Source of the DNA: Methanomicrobiales archaeon
Lineage (GTDB): Archaea; Halobacteriota; Methanomicrobia; Methanomicrobiales; JACTUA01
Assembly: GCA_028679035.1 (NCBI GenBank)
Contig: JAJRCL010000101.1
Location: 1-29,768 of the forward strand
DNA: 29,768 bases
Direction: 5' to 3'
This document shows positions 1 through 8,793 of this stretch, piece after piece (the first letter of the stretch is position 1; every line of letters starts with the position of its first letter). The notes under the pieces are model-generated. The model saw only the letters and a list, made by a program, of their open reading frames with translations, was not told the DNA's origin and searched no databases. A program made the position numbers and the translations under genes.

Positions 1-49
1 GGAAACCGAACGGCTGAAGAGCGACGAAGAATTGCGGTACATCGGATAA
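1..49 (+). CDS. Possible 3' end of an upstream gene entering the window (...ETERLKSDEELRYIG*)
   Basis: Frame 2 is open from the edge to TAA at 47-49 with a plausible charged C-terminus, followed by a hairpin and T7 tract. Too short to identify. Confidence 0.35.
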   Translation, partial: ETERLKSDEELRYIG

Positions 50-61
50 TCAACCAGCGCA

Positions 62-122
62 TCATCATGCACTGGGCATGATGAGGATCCAGTAACGAGA
101 CGTTTTGTGAGTTGCTTTTTTT
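62..122 (+). terminator. Hairpin plus oligo-T terminator candidate
   Basis: TCATCATGC(62-70)/GCATGATGA(76-84) perfect 9-bp stem with 5-nt loop; T7 at 116-122. Confidence 0.35.
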
Positions 123-184
123 CACCCGGATAAAGGAAATCATCATTAACTCCTTCACCCCATCTGGGGGATGGTGACGGACTG

Positions 185-553
185 ATGTCAACAATTGTCC
201 ATTTTGATGTACCCACAGACGATGTCGAACGGGCGAAAAAATTCTATGCCGCCTTGCTCGGCTGGAAATTCGAATCCTACCCGGAAATGCAATACAACCT
301 GATTACGACGACAAACCTTGACGGGACGCCGGGTGTCGGTGGCGGCATGGGAAAGAGGATGGATCCATCCCAGCACATCGTGAACTACTTCGGCGTGCCA
401 TCCATCGATGCTGCCATTAAAAAGGTCAAGAGTCTCGGTGGTTCTGTTGTTACGGAAAAGATGGCGGTACCGCAGATGGGCTACCTGGTAAGCTGCATGG
501 ACACCGAAGGAAACGCATTCGGGCTCTGGGAAGAGAATAAAAACGCACAATAA
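185..553 (+). CDS. VOC (glyoxalase/bleomycin-resistance) family protein
   Basis: IVHFDVP..D.ERAKKFY..LLGW, YFGV.SIDAA..KV..LGG, D.EGN.FGLWE motifs of single-domain VOC proteins. Confidence 0.9.
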   Translation: MSTIVHFDVPTDDVERAKKFYAALLGWKFESYPEMQYNLITTTNLDGTPGVGGGMGKRMDPSQHIVNYFGVPSIDAAIKKVKSLGGSVVTEKMAVPQMGYLVSCMDTEGNAFGLWEENKNAQ

Positions 554-615
554 TACGCTCTCACCATGAGTAATGATCCGGCCGTGACCGGCGCATCTAC
601 CGAAGGAGGACCTCA

Positions 616-1734
616 GTGCGTGCATACGCCGATCTGCATCTCCATTCGCCCTATTCGATAGGGGTTTCCCGCTCCCTTACGCCGGCTGCCCTCATCGATG
701 CCTGTTCCCTGAAAGGAATAACGGTTCTTGGGAGCGGGGATGCGCTGCATCCGGAATGGAGGAGGTCCTGGCTGGCAGTACAGGATCCGCATAGTATTAT
801 CGTCATCCCGTCAGCGGAAGTGGAGGATGCGAAGCGCATCCACCACCTGATCCTGATGGAGGATTTCGCATCCTTTGCCACCCTTGCCGAGAGTTTAGGA
901 AAGAAAACCCCCAACGTGTGCACGGGCGGGAGACCCCATATCCCTGCGTCAGGAGAAGAGATTGCCCGGATGGTGCACGACCTGGGGGGCCTCATCGGTC
1001 CTGCGCATGCATTCACCCCGTGGACAGCACTCTACGCCTCCTGCAATCATGTTGCAGAGTGCTATGGCAGCGAACGGATCGACTATCTCGAGCTGGGGCT
1101 ATCGGCAGACACCTCCTATGGGGCCGGGATCCGGGACCTCTACGGGGTCCCGTTTCTCTCCAATTCGGACGCCCACAGTGCGTCTCCCCTCCGTTTCGGA
1201 CGGGAATTCAACCGTCTCGAACTGACCCGGTTCGATGTACCGGCAGTCCTGGAGGCGGTGCGCGAAGGCAGGATCAGCATGAACGCCGGTCTCTTTCCCG
1301 AAGAAGGAAAATACAACCGGACCGCATGTTCGCGCTGCTTTGAACAATACCCGCTTGAGGATGCCGTCCGGTATGCGTGGCGCTGCCCGAAGGATCGCGG
1401 GCGGATAAAAAAGGGAGTCTTTGACCGGGCGCGGGAACTCACCGATGGTGACCCGCTCCCCCGCCCCCGGTACTGTCACATGATTCCGCTCGGGGAAATT
1501 ATCCAGAAGGTCCTGGGAGACGCAACGCCTTCGACAAAACGGTGTCGGGCGCTCTATGATACCCTGCTTGGACCCCTGGGACCTGAGATCGATATCCTTA
1601 TCAGGCGCAGCATTTCCGAGATTGGGGAAATCGACCCCCGCGTTGCCAGCGCCATCGATGCGCTGCGGACCGGTCGCGTACGTCTTACGCCGGGGGGCGG
1701 TGGCCGGTACGGAACCTTTGATTTCACCGGCTGA
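616..1734 (+). CDS. TIGR00375-type PHP-family phosphoesterase / endonuclease Q-like DNA repair nuclease
   Basis: DLHLHSPYS, GPAHAFTP and SNSDAHS PHP metal motifs; GKYNRTACSRC...CP Zn ribbon; GGGGRYG C-terminus; GGAGGA RBS at 605-610, GTG start. Confidence 0.85.
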   Translation: MRAYADLHLHSPYSIGVSRSLTPAALIDACSLKGITVLGSGDALHPEWRRSWLAVQDPHSIIVIPSAEVEDAKRIHHLILMEDFASFATLAESLGKKTPNVCTGGRPHIPASGEEIARMVHDLGGLIGPAHAFTPWTALYASCNHVAECYGSERIDYLELGLSADTSYGAGIRDLYGVPFLSNSDAHSASPLRFGREFNRLELTRFDVPAVLEAVREGRISMNAGLFPEEGKYNRTACSRCFEQYPLEDAVRYAWRCPKDRGRIKKGVFDRARELTDGDPLPRPRYCHMIPLGEIIQKVLGDATPSTKRCRALYDTLLGPLGPEIDILIRRSISEIGEIDPRVASAIDALRTGRVRLTPGGGGRYGTFDFTG

Positions 1735-1858
1735 TACAATTCCACATACAGGTGTCTGAAAAGCGGGTTACCCCCTTTCCCGGCATCAACCTCTCCTTCT
1801 CAGGTCCCATTTCCCTGATAAGCAACAATTATGGGTGACGTCGGCAAAAGTACATACA

Positions 1859-2041
1859 ATGTTAAAGATTCATCGGGAGATATGCGGGTATTGCGGGGCA
1901 TGTGTTTCGGTGTGTCCGGAAGGCGCGCTCGAACTGATTGATGCCTACCTGACGGTCGATCTCAAATGCAAAGACTGCAGTATCTGCACCCGCGCCTGCC
2001 CGCTGGGGGCACTGGAGGTCGTCGATGAAGGACAGGTATGA
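1859..2041 (+). CDS. 2x[4Fe-4S] ferredoxin
   Basis: [12 protein letters not shown] and [12 protein letters not shown] motifs. ATG at 1859 preferred over GTG at 1835. Overlaps the GGR start. Confidence 0.9.
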   Translation: MLKIHREICGYCGACVSVCPEGALELIDAYLTVDLKCKDCSICTRACPLGALEVVDEGQV

Positions 2042-3221
2042 CCTGCTGATTATCGGCGGAGGACCGGGAGGGGCCATCGCAGCGAAGACCGCCGCCTGCA
2101 AAGGCCTTTCGGTCTGTCTTGTTGAGAAACGGCCTGCCATCGGTGTGCCGGTGCGCTGCGCTGAGGGGATAGGGAAAGATATCCTGCAGCAGTTCATTGA
2201 ACCGGATGAACGGTGGATCTCCGCCGAAATCGATCGCGCCATACTCGTATCCCCCGACGGTACATCCATGGTCCTCGAACCGCAGCACGCCGGGAACGAG
2301 GTCGGTTATGTACTGGATCGTAAGATATTCGACCGGGAGCTCGTGTGGCAGGCTGCCGCGGCCGGTGCTGATATCGCGGTAAAGACCCGGGCGGTTGCCC
2401 CAATTATGGAGAATGGAAAAGTCTCCGGGGCGACGATTGAGAGCTGCGGGGAGGTGAAGAATGTACGGGCAGAGGCGGTCATTGCTGCCGACGGGGTTGA
2501 GTCCAAATTTGCCCGCTGGTGCGGCATCGATACCACGGTCCCCCTCCGTGAAATCATGAGCTGCGCCCAGTACCTTATGACGAACCTCACCATCGACCCA
2601 CACGCTACCGTATTTTATTTCGGGAATTCTATTGCCCCCGAAGGGTATCTCTGGGTATTTCCCAAGGGAGAACGCAGCGCAAACGTGGGAATCGGGATTA
2701 CCGGCAGAAAGAGTGCACCCGGTAAAAGGGCAAAGGACTATCTCGATGCTTTTGTGAGGTCGCATTTTCCCGACGGGAGGACAATCGAGTGCATCGTGGG
2801 AGGAGTGTCCGTGTGCCGGCCGCTTCCCTGTACCGTTGCGGACGGGCTCCTCATTGTCGGGGACGCAGCACGGGTGGTTGATCCCCTGACCGGCGGAGGA
2901 ATTTTCAACGCGATGTATACCGGTCAGCTTGCAGCAGATGTGGCGGCCGGTGCAATTGCCGAAGGAAACACGCTGAAAGAACGTCTCATGCCGTACGACA
3001 CTACCTGGCGGTGTGCAAAGCTCGGGAAGAATCTTGAGCGCAACTACAAGATCAAGGAGTTTTTCATCGGGCTTTCCGATAAGAAACTGAATGCGCTTGC
3101 CCAGTCGGTCTCCAAGATTAACCTGAAGGAATTTTCTACCCTTGTCCTTGTGAAAGAGCTCATTAAGAGAAATCCAGGCCTGATCCTTGATCTCAAAGCA
3201 CTCAAGGATGCAATCTCCTGA
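2025..3221 (+). CDS. ggr: Geranylgeranyl reductase (digeranylgeranylglycerophospholipid reductase family)
   Basis: GGGPGG FAD-binding motif, [28 protein letters not shown]; GGAGGT RBS at 2014-2019. Confidence 0.92.
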   Translation: MKDRYDLLIIGGGPGGAIAAKTAACKGLSVCLVEKRPAIGVPVRCAEGIGKDILQQFIEPDERWISAEIDRAILVSPDGTSMVLEPQHAGNEVGYVLDRKIFDRELVWQAAAAGADIAVKTRAVAPIMENGKVSGATIESCGEVKNVRAEAVIAADGVESKFARWCGIDTTVPLREIMSCAQYLMTNLTIDPHATVFYFGNSIAPEGYLWVFPKGERSANVGIGITGRKSAPGKRAKDYLDAFVRSHFPDGRTIECIVGGVSVCRPLPCTVADGLLIVGDAARVVDPLTGGGIFNAMYTGQLAADVAAGAIAEGNTLKERLMPYDTTWRCAKLGKNLERNYKIKEFFIGLSDKKLNALAQSVSKINLKEFSTLVLVKELIKRNPGLILDLKALKDAIS

Positions 3222-3225
3222 TCTC

Positions 3226-3232
3226 TTTTTTT
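3226..3232 (+). terminator. Oligo-T archaeal terminator after ggr
   Basis: T7 tract 4 nt after the TGA. Confidence 0.55.
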
Positions 3233-3342
3233 CGGCATTTCATGAATAGTGTGAAGGGATTAACCAGATCCGGAAAAGGGACAGGTTCCAAGGAAAAACG
3301 AGTCCGGACAGGCATATCCTTTCCTGTGGCAAAAAGCGCATC

Positions 3343-3361
3343 TTTTTATTGCCAATAAAAA
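3343..3361. promoter_or_regulatory. Perfect palindrome TTTTTATTG-C-CAATAAAAA at the expected TATA position of the HEAT gene
   Basis: 9-bp arms, 1-nt spacer, ending 24 nt before ATG 3386. Confidence 0.5.
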
Positions 3362-3385
3362 TATCTCTCTTTATCAGGTAGCTTC

Positions 3386-4015
3386 ATGGTCTCGGTCAGT
3401 ACGCATCCCGGTATACAGAAGATGGAAGAAAAGAAAGACACCAGCGGCCTGTGCAAGGCACTCACCCAGGACGATCCGGTTATCCGGCGGGAGGCTGCAC
3501 TGGCGCTGGGGCGGATCCGGAGCACCGATGCAGTAATCCCGCTCATTGCAGCTCTTTCTGATCCAGACCAGGAAGTGCGGCAACGAGCCGAGGAATCCTT
3601 GCGAAAAATACGGGATGGCCGTGCCCTGGAGCCTCTGGTTGCCGCTATGAAAAATGCAGAACCTCGGATACGACGGATTGCGGCGGATCTTCTGGGGGAC
3701 CTGGCAGATACCCGCGCCCTCGACCCTCTGGTCTTTGCTTTGCGCGACCGGGATGAAGGGACCCGCGTGGCGATTGTCGAGGCACTTGGCAAGATAGGAG
3801 GTAATCGTGGCCTTATCCCCCTTGTCCAGGCGCTGAAGGACGAGAGCCCGTCTGTGCGGGAAGGAGCCGCCCGGGCTCTCGGGAGACTGGGGGATCCCCG
3901 GTCCATCGAACCCCTCAACGAAGCTGCGCAGAGCGATGCGGCACAGGGCGTGCGGCGAGCGGCAAAAAGGGCGCAGGAGATCATCGCTGCAAAAACCGGA
4001 ATGCCGGAAAAATAA
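3386..4015 (+). CDS. HEAT-repeat (PBS-lyase HEAT-like) protein, about 6 repeats
   Basis: 31-aa repeats of the type L..AL.D....VR..AA.ALG.I.D.RA..P; the start could be 3422 (MEEKK). Confidence 0.88.
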   Translation: MVSVSTHPGIQKMEEKKDTSGLCKALTQDDPVIRREAALALGRIRSTDAVIPLIAALSDPDQEVRQRAEESLRKIRDGRALEPLVAAMKNAEPRIRRIAADLLGDLADTRALDPLVFALRDRDEGTRVAIVEALGKIGGNRGLIPLVQALKDESPSVREGAARALGRLGDPRSIEPLNEAAQSDAAQGVRRAAKRAQEIIAAKTGMPEK

Positions 4016-4128
4016 TTTTCCACACCTGATTCCCAAGCCGTTTCAGGCCTGGTCTTTTACATCGGAACTCTAATCCTGATACTCAGGTGTAGGATCGTTC
4101 AAATAGCCAGGTAGTCCACCTCTTAATT

Positions 4129-4776
4129 ATGATCTGCGGGGTTGACGAAGCCGGGAAGGGTGCCGTACTTGGACCTCTGGTGATCGCCGCAGCAGGGTGC
4201 GCATCCCCGGAGGAGCTGGAAGGTATTGGTATCCGGGATTCAAAGGAACTCTCTCCTTCCCGGCGTGAGGAACTCTTCCCTGTCATCATCGAACGCTGCT
4301 CCACAGCAGTTCTCTCTGTTCCGTCCGCAGACGTGGACCGGCACCGGTTGCGCATGAACCTGAACCGCTGTATGGCCCGGGGACATGCAGCTGTCATCAA
4401 TCGCCTCGCACCGTCGGTTGCGTATATTGATGCGTGTGATGTGAACGCCGAACGATACGCCCACATGGTACGGGAGTACCTTGCGTGCAACTGCTCTATC
4501 ATTTCCCGGCATCACGCTGATACAACGTACCCCGTCGTCAGCGCTGCCAGTATTGTTGCGAAAGTGGTGCGTGATCGTGCCATTGCAGAGCTCAGCGATG
4601 AATATGGGGATATCGGTAGTGGTTACCCTTCTGATGGAAAAACAATCGCTTTCCTCCGGGCGTATATTAAGAGCAACAAAAAAAATCCTCCAATCGCCCG
4701 GAAGGGCTGGAGCACCGTCACATCCCTGCTGAATGAAGAGTTCCAGGTAAAAATAACGCGATTTTTCGGACCCTGA
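4129..4776 (+). CDS. rnhB: Ribonuclease HII
   Basis: GVDEAGKG.VLGPLV, RDSKEL, IDACD, AD..YPVVSAASIVAKV.RD, GSGYPSD motifs. Confidence 0.95.
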   Translation: MICGVDEAGKGAVLGPLVIAAAGCASPEELEGIGIRDSKELSPSRREELFPVIIERCSTAVLSVPSADVDRHRLRMNLNRCMARGHAAVINRLAPSVAYIDACDVNAERYAHMVREYLACNCSIISRHHADTTYPVVSAASIVAKVVRDRAIAELSDEYGDIGSGYPSDGKTIAFLRAYIKSNKKNPPIARKGWSTVTSLLNEEFQVKITRFFGP

Positions 4777-4907
4777 TCCCCGGCCCAGATGGATATTGTA
4801 CGGTGTCCAGCCGTTAATCCCGCCGAACGAAACAAAATCGGGAAATGACGTGTTGTACGGGTTCCTTCGGAGAGGTTTTATCTCGCCGGCTGAGGTATGT
4901 ATAGTGA

Positions 4908-6206
4908 ATGGACTGGCGCGTCATCGTACTCCTGCTTATCGCCTGTTATGCGCTCATCGCCGCGTACCTCTACACGAGGAAGGTTGCACCGGATACGATC
5001 TCGTTTTACGGTCCAATCCTCGCCATCAAAAGCCACAGTGTGGGCATTTTTGATTCCCTTACCCGTTTTCGCCGCTTTCTCCGGGCGTACGGGACTACAG
5101 GGGTTGTCGTTGTCGCCGCCGTATCAGTGTTCATCACGGTCCTGCTGTTTATCTCCCTCCAGTACACCCTGATCTTCCGTCCCCCTCCGACCGGGATCTA
5201 TGAGCCGCAGAATATTTTCCTCCTACCGGGGATCAACGATTACGTGCCTTCGACATTTGCGGTCTGGTTTGCCTTCATCATCACCATAGTGGTACACGAA
5301 TTCGGCCATGGGATCCTGTGCCGGGTGGAGGGCCTGAAAGTCCGGAGCATGGGTGTTCTGGTCGCCGTAATCCCGATCGGTTTCTTTGTCGAACCGGACG
5401 AGGAGGAGCTTGAAAAAGCCCGGGGAATACCCAAGGCACGTATTTTTGGCGCAGGGATCTCCAATAATATCGTCATCGGCCTCGTGAGTTTTTTCGTTTT
5501 GGCCCTGCTCATCGGGTTTGCGATCCCGGCAACGACACCGATCGTCCATGGGGAGTACAAGGACTACCCGGCAGCGGTTGCCGGTATCCCTCTCAATTCG
5601 GTGATACGCCAGGTGAATGGGGTCGATGTGCACACACCGGATGATGTCGCACGCATCCTCAATTCCACGAAACCCGGGGATGCGATAACAGTCCAGGCTG
5701 ACTATCGTGGACAGGTAACCACGTACCGGCTTACCCTTTCGGCATGGCCCAATGGCACAACTCCGATGCGGGATTCGGGTTTTATGGGCATTTACTATTA
5801 CCCGGCAACGACTATCGCCGCAACAATGCAGAACCTTGCATCTCCCACCGGGTTCGTCCGGTTTATCGCGGTCCCCTTTGATATGACCATGGAAGGGCGA
5901 TACTTCCAGATCCTTGCCTTTGACGTTCCCGAACAGGAATACTATGGGGTCCCCCTCCCCTGGATTTTCTGGGGCCTCGTGCACCTCTCGTTCTGGTGCG
6001 CATGGATTAATATCAATGTCGGCATTTTCAACGCCATCCCGATGATTCCCCTCGACGGAGGATATATTATGAAGGAAGGCGTCGATGGCCTTCTCCGGCG
6101 GTGGGGGGTCCCGCAGCTCTCCCGGTATGTCGTAGGGCTCATCAGCTGGCTGATGCTGACGATCATCGTTGCCCTGATCGCCCTTCCCTACCTTCTGCAT
6201 CTCTGA
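4908..6206 (+). CDS. Site-2 protease (M50 intramembrane Zn metalloprotease) with PDZ-like insert
   Basis: HEFGH Zn motif, NAIPMIPLDG motif, multiple TM segments, PAAVAGI...VNG PDZ-like segment. Confidence 0.92.
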   Translation: MDWRVIVLLLIACYALIAAYLYTRKVAPDTISFYGPILAIKSHSVGIFDSLTRFRRFLRAYGTTGVVVVAAVSVFITVLLFISLQYTLIFRPPPTGIYEPQNIFLLPGINDYVPSTFAVWFAFIITIVVHEFGHGILCRVEGLKVRSMGVLVAVIPIGFFVEPDEEELEKARGIPKARIFGAGISNNIVIGLVSFFVLALLIGFAIPATTPIVHGEYKDYPAAVAGIPLNSVIRQVNGVDVHTPDDVARILNSTKPGDAITVQADYRGQVTTYRLTLSAWPNGTTPMRDSGFMGIYYYPATTIAATMQNLASPTGFVRFIAVPFDMTMEGRYFQILAFDVPEQEYYGVPLPWIFWGLVHLSFWCAWININVGIFNAIPMIPLDGGYIMKEGVDGLLRRWGVPQLSRYVVGLISWLMLTIIVALIALPYLLHL

Positions 6207-6216
6207 ACTTCAGCCC

Positions 6217-6269
6217 GATCCGATCGTTTTGACGATCGAAGGATGAAAGTCAACGATGCCGTAAAAAAG
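6217..6269. terminator. Hairpin between convergent genes plus minus-strand T6
   Basis: CGATCGT-TTTG-ACGATCG (6221-6238), extendable by ATCC/GGAT; A6 at 6264-6269. Confidence 0.45.
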
Positions 6270-6277
6270 AGGGGTTC

Positions 6278-7327
6278 TTATTCTTTCTTGACTTTTTCGC
6301 CGACTTCCGGCGGTTCCTGCTCGAGAACATCCCGGTTTTCTTTCAGGATCTCGGCAATTTCATTTGCATCCGGAAGGATTCCCAGGATCTTTTCATCGAG
6401 ATGCACGCTTTCCCCTTCCGTGCGGGGAGCTTCTTCCGTTTCCCCAAGGAATTTGGATGCCTGGCGGATGAGTGCGGAAATTTCGTAGGGAAAGATGATC
6501 TTCGTTGCCTGCCCGTTTGCCATCTGTTTCAGTGCGTCCAGGGAAAGGACGGTGATCGCTTTGCGGTCGAGTGGCTGGGCGCCGAGTGCCAGGATCCGCA
6601 GCCCCTGGGCTTCACCCTGGGACTGGAGAATCCGTGACACCCGTTCCCCATCAGCCCTGAGGATCTGGCTCTGGCGGCTTCCTTCTGCTTCGAGAATCTG
6701 GCCCTGCTTCGCCCCTTCCGCACGCAGGATCGCCGATCTCTTGTCACCGTCAGCCCGGAGGATTGCGGCTCTCCGTTCCCGTTCCGCAGCGGTCTGTTCG
6801 GTCATCGCCTGTTTGACGGCACCGACCGGATCGACTTCCTTGATCTCGACCCGTTCCACTTTGACGCCCCATTGATCGGTTTCCCGGTCCAGAATATCCC
6901 GCAGTTTCGTGTTGATCAGGTCCCGGTTGTACAGCACTTCATCGAGCTGCATATCGCCGATAACACCCCGCAGCGTCGTCTGGGCGAGCGCCACTGTTGC
7001 GGTACGGTAATTAGAGACCTCGAAAAATGCCTTTTCCGGATCTATCACACGGATGTAAACGATGGCATCGACATTTGTTGGTGAATTATCCTTGGTGATG
7101 ACTTCCTGCTTGGGAACATCGACGACCTGGGTCCTGAGATCCAGTTTCACGATGCTCGTTACCAGGGGCAATACCCAGCGGAATCCAGGATTCAGCCTTC
7201 CCACATATTTCCCGAGCCGGATCTGCAAACCCTGCTCGTAGGGCTGTATGATCACAACGCCCTTGGCAAAAATGAAAACAATAACAAGAATTAATATAAT
7301 CGCAATGATGCTTTCAACGACGACCAT
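6278..7327 (-). CDS. SPFH/stomatin-like (QmcA-type) membrane protein
   Basis: N-terminal TM; DLR...DVP.QEVITKDN...VDAIVY.RV.DP..A; RVEIKEVDP; QMTAER-like coiled coil (EQTAAERERRA). Start refined to ATG 7327 (GGAGGTGG RBS, TAATG overlap with nfeD). Confidence 0.93.
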   Translation of the reverse strand: MVVVESIIAIILILVIVFIFAKGVVIIQPYEQGLQIRLGKYVGRLNPGFRWVLPLVTSIVKLDLRTQVVDVPKQEVITKDNSPTNVDAIVYIRVIDPEKAFFEVSNYRTATVALAQTTLRGVIGDMQLDEVLYNRDLINTKLRDILDRETDQWGVKVERVEIKEVDPVGAVKQAMTEQTAAERERRAAILRADGDKRSAILRAEGAKQGQILEAEGSRQSQILRADGERVSRILQSQGEAQGLRILALGAQPLDRKAITVLSLDALKQMANGQATKIIFPYEISALIRQASKFLGETEEAPRTEGESVHLDEKILGILPDANEIAEILKENRDVLEQEPPEVGEKVKKE

Positions 7328-7782
7328 TATTCCACCTCCGCAACAACGATATGCACGCCTTCGGACCGGAGAACCCGCACTTTTTTCCCTGCAGGAATTG
7401 TTCCTTCTGCAGCCCGGGCACTCCACTCGACCCTGCCGATAGTCACTTTGCCATTGATGGAATCTTCATCCACCGTCCGGATGACATTTCCCACCATTCC
7501 GACGATTGAATCCCGGGATATCGTTGTCGGTGACCCATTCGGGGTCAGCCGGCTGTATATCCAGACCGTCACACCGGCAGTGACGAGAGCAACGACGACG
7601 CCAAGAATGATACCCGTCGATGATGAGAAAATATCAATGCCCAGGAGCACAAGGATCCCAAGGAAGATCATGACAGTCGCAGGGACCGCAACGAAAAAAC
7701 CGGGAGTATAGGCCTCAATAAGAAGCATGACCGATCCGGCGATAACAAGCGTCCAGCCGATTGCCACATCCACGAACGCCAT
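7327..7782 (-). CDS. nfeD: Short NfeD family protein (stomatin operon partner, OB-fold C-terminus)
   Basis: Three TM segments then G..G.V...GVEWSARA...I..G.KVRV....GVHIVV; coupled to the SPFH gene. Confidence 0.88.
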   Translation of the reverse strand: MAFVDVAIGWTLVIAGSVMLLIEAYTPGFFVAVPATVMIFLGILVLLGIDIFSSSTGIILGVVVALVTAGVTVWIYSRLTPNGSPTTISRDSIVGMVGNVIRTVDEDSINGKVTIGRVEWSARAAEGTIPAGKKVRVLRSEGVHIVVAEVE

Positions 7783-8118
7783 GATAGCAGGTGGAATTCG
7801 TCAGTATAAAACAGTATGGAACTATATGGCGATTTAATCGTTATTTTAAGCATTCCGTGACGTTCCGCATTCCAATTCATACCGGGTTGTTGCGCGGTAA
7901 TTCCGTCCTGACGCGATTGTGCGACCGGATGTTCAGGTCGGGGAAGGCCGAAAATGAGGAGGTAAATCGAGCAATCCAATAGATTTTTGATATCCGAAAA
8001 GAGAGACGATTACACCGGCAGATAATATATTCGAATGAGAGTTGGAAAGCAGTCTTTCGTAAGATTCACGCTCTCCCGGAATGTGGCTGCGGCTGGTAGA
8101 GCGCGGTGAGGAAGGAAC

Positions 8119-8793
8119 ATGAAGGAAATTCCGATCAATAAGCGATTCGCTCTCGGATGGTACAACGAGGGAGTGACCCACCTCAATATACGTGAATATG
8201 AAGAAGCCATGGGTTTTTTTGAAAAAGCACTCGCGATCATCCCGGATCACCCGGACTTTCTCATCGGTAAAGGAGAGGTCCTCTTTGCCATTGGTAACTA
8301 TGCAGAAGCGTACCGGATATTTGCGAAAGTGCTTGAAAAGGAGCCCGAAAACGTCCGGGCTCTCCTCCGTGCCGGTACGGCGCTCATGCAACTGAACCGC
8401 TATGCTGAAGCGGTGGCACTTTTCGAACAGGGAATTGCGGTGAATGATTATAATGGTGAGCTCTGGCTCGGAAAGGGGATCGCGCAATTCCACCTGAATC
8501 TCCGCGAGGAAGCGACAGCGTCGCTCCGGAAAGCGGGAAGGTACAAACCGAATCAACCAGCGATCTGGTACTATCTTTCAAAGATCGAGACTTCCGATGA
8601 AGCTGCAGTCAATCACCTTCTGCGAGGCTACCGACTCGATGCGACAAACCTCGATATTCTCCTGGACCTCATTGAGCGGCTTTTAAAACTGCAGCGAAAT
8701 TCTGAAGCGTTCGAACTTTGTAAAAAAGCCTCAGTCATCAATCCTGAAAATCCCCGCCTGCGCCTCCTCACTGACCGGTGTGGCATGGGGTAA
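8119..8793 (+). CDS. Tetratricopeptide-repeat protein
   Basis: 34-aa repeats such as WYNEG...Y.EA...F.KAL...PDH and L..KG..L...G.Y.EA; GAGGAAGG RBS. Confidence 0.88.
   Translation: MKEIPINKRFALGWYNEGVTHLNIREYEEAMGFFEKALAIIPDHPDFLIGKGEVLFAIGNYAEAYRIFAKVLEKEPENVRALLRAGTALMQLNRYAEAVALFEQGIAVNDYNGELWLGKGIAQFHLNLREEATASLRKAGRYKPNQPAIWYYLSKIETSDEAAVNHLLRGYRLDATNLDILLDLIERLLKLQRNSEAFELCKKASVINPENPRLRLLTDRCGMG

Noticed and set aside
78-185. C/D-box sRNA (ATGATGA at 78-84, CTGA at 182-185)
   Set aside because: The boxes are about 100 nt apart with no convincing C'/D' pair, and the C box lies within a hairpin stem
3346-4036. Long minus-strand ORFs (220 and 225 aa) over the small HEAT gene
   Set aside because: Antisense shadows of a GC-rich repeat gene; no motifs
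4022-4100. tRNA-like element (GTTCAAAT at 4086-4103 region; ACACCTGA/TCAGGTGT inverted repeat)
   Set aside because: No T-stem pairing around the TTCAAAT and no cloverleaf
5223-6200. 325-aa minus-strand ORF
   Set aside because: Fully antisense to the site-2 protease; the hydrophilic composition is the expected mirror of a hydrophobic gene
7327-7426. N-terminal extension of the SPFH ORF to 7426
   Set aside because: Overlaps nfeD; the RBS and TAATG coupling point to 7327
7791-7982. 63-aa ORF, or SRP-RNA-like segment (TCAGGTCGGGGAAGG near 7933-7947), in the nfeD-TPR spacer
   Set aside because: The ORF has no motif or RBS; the SRP helix-8 AGCAG half and flanking helices are missing
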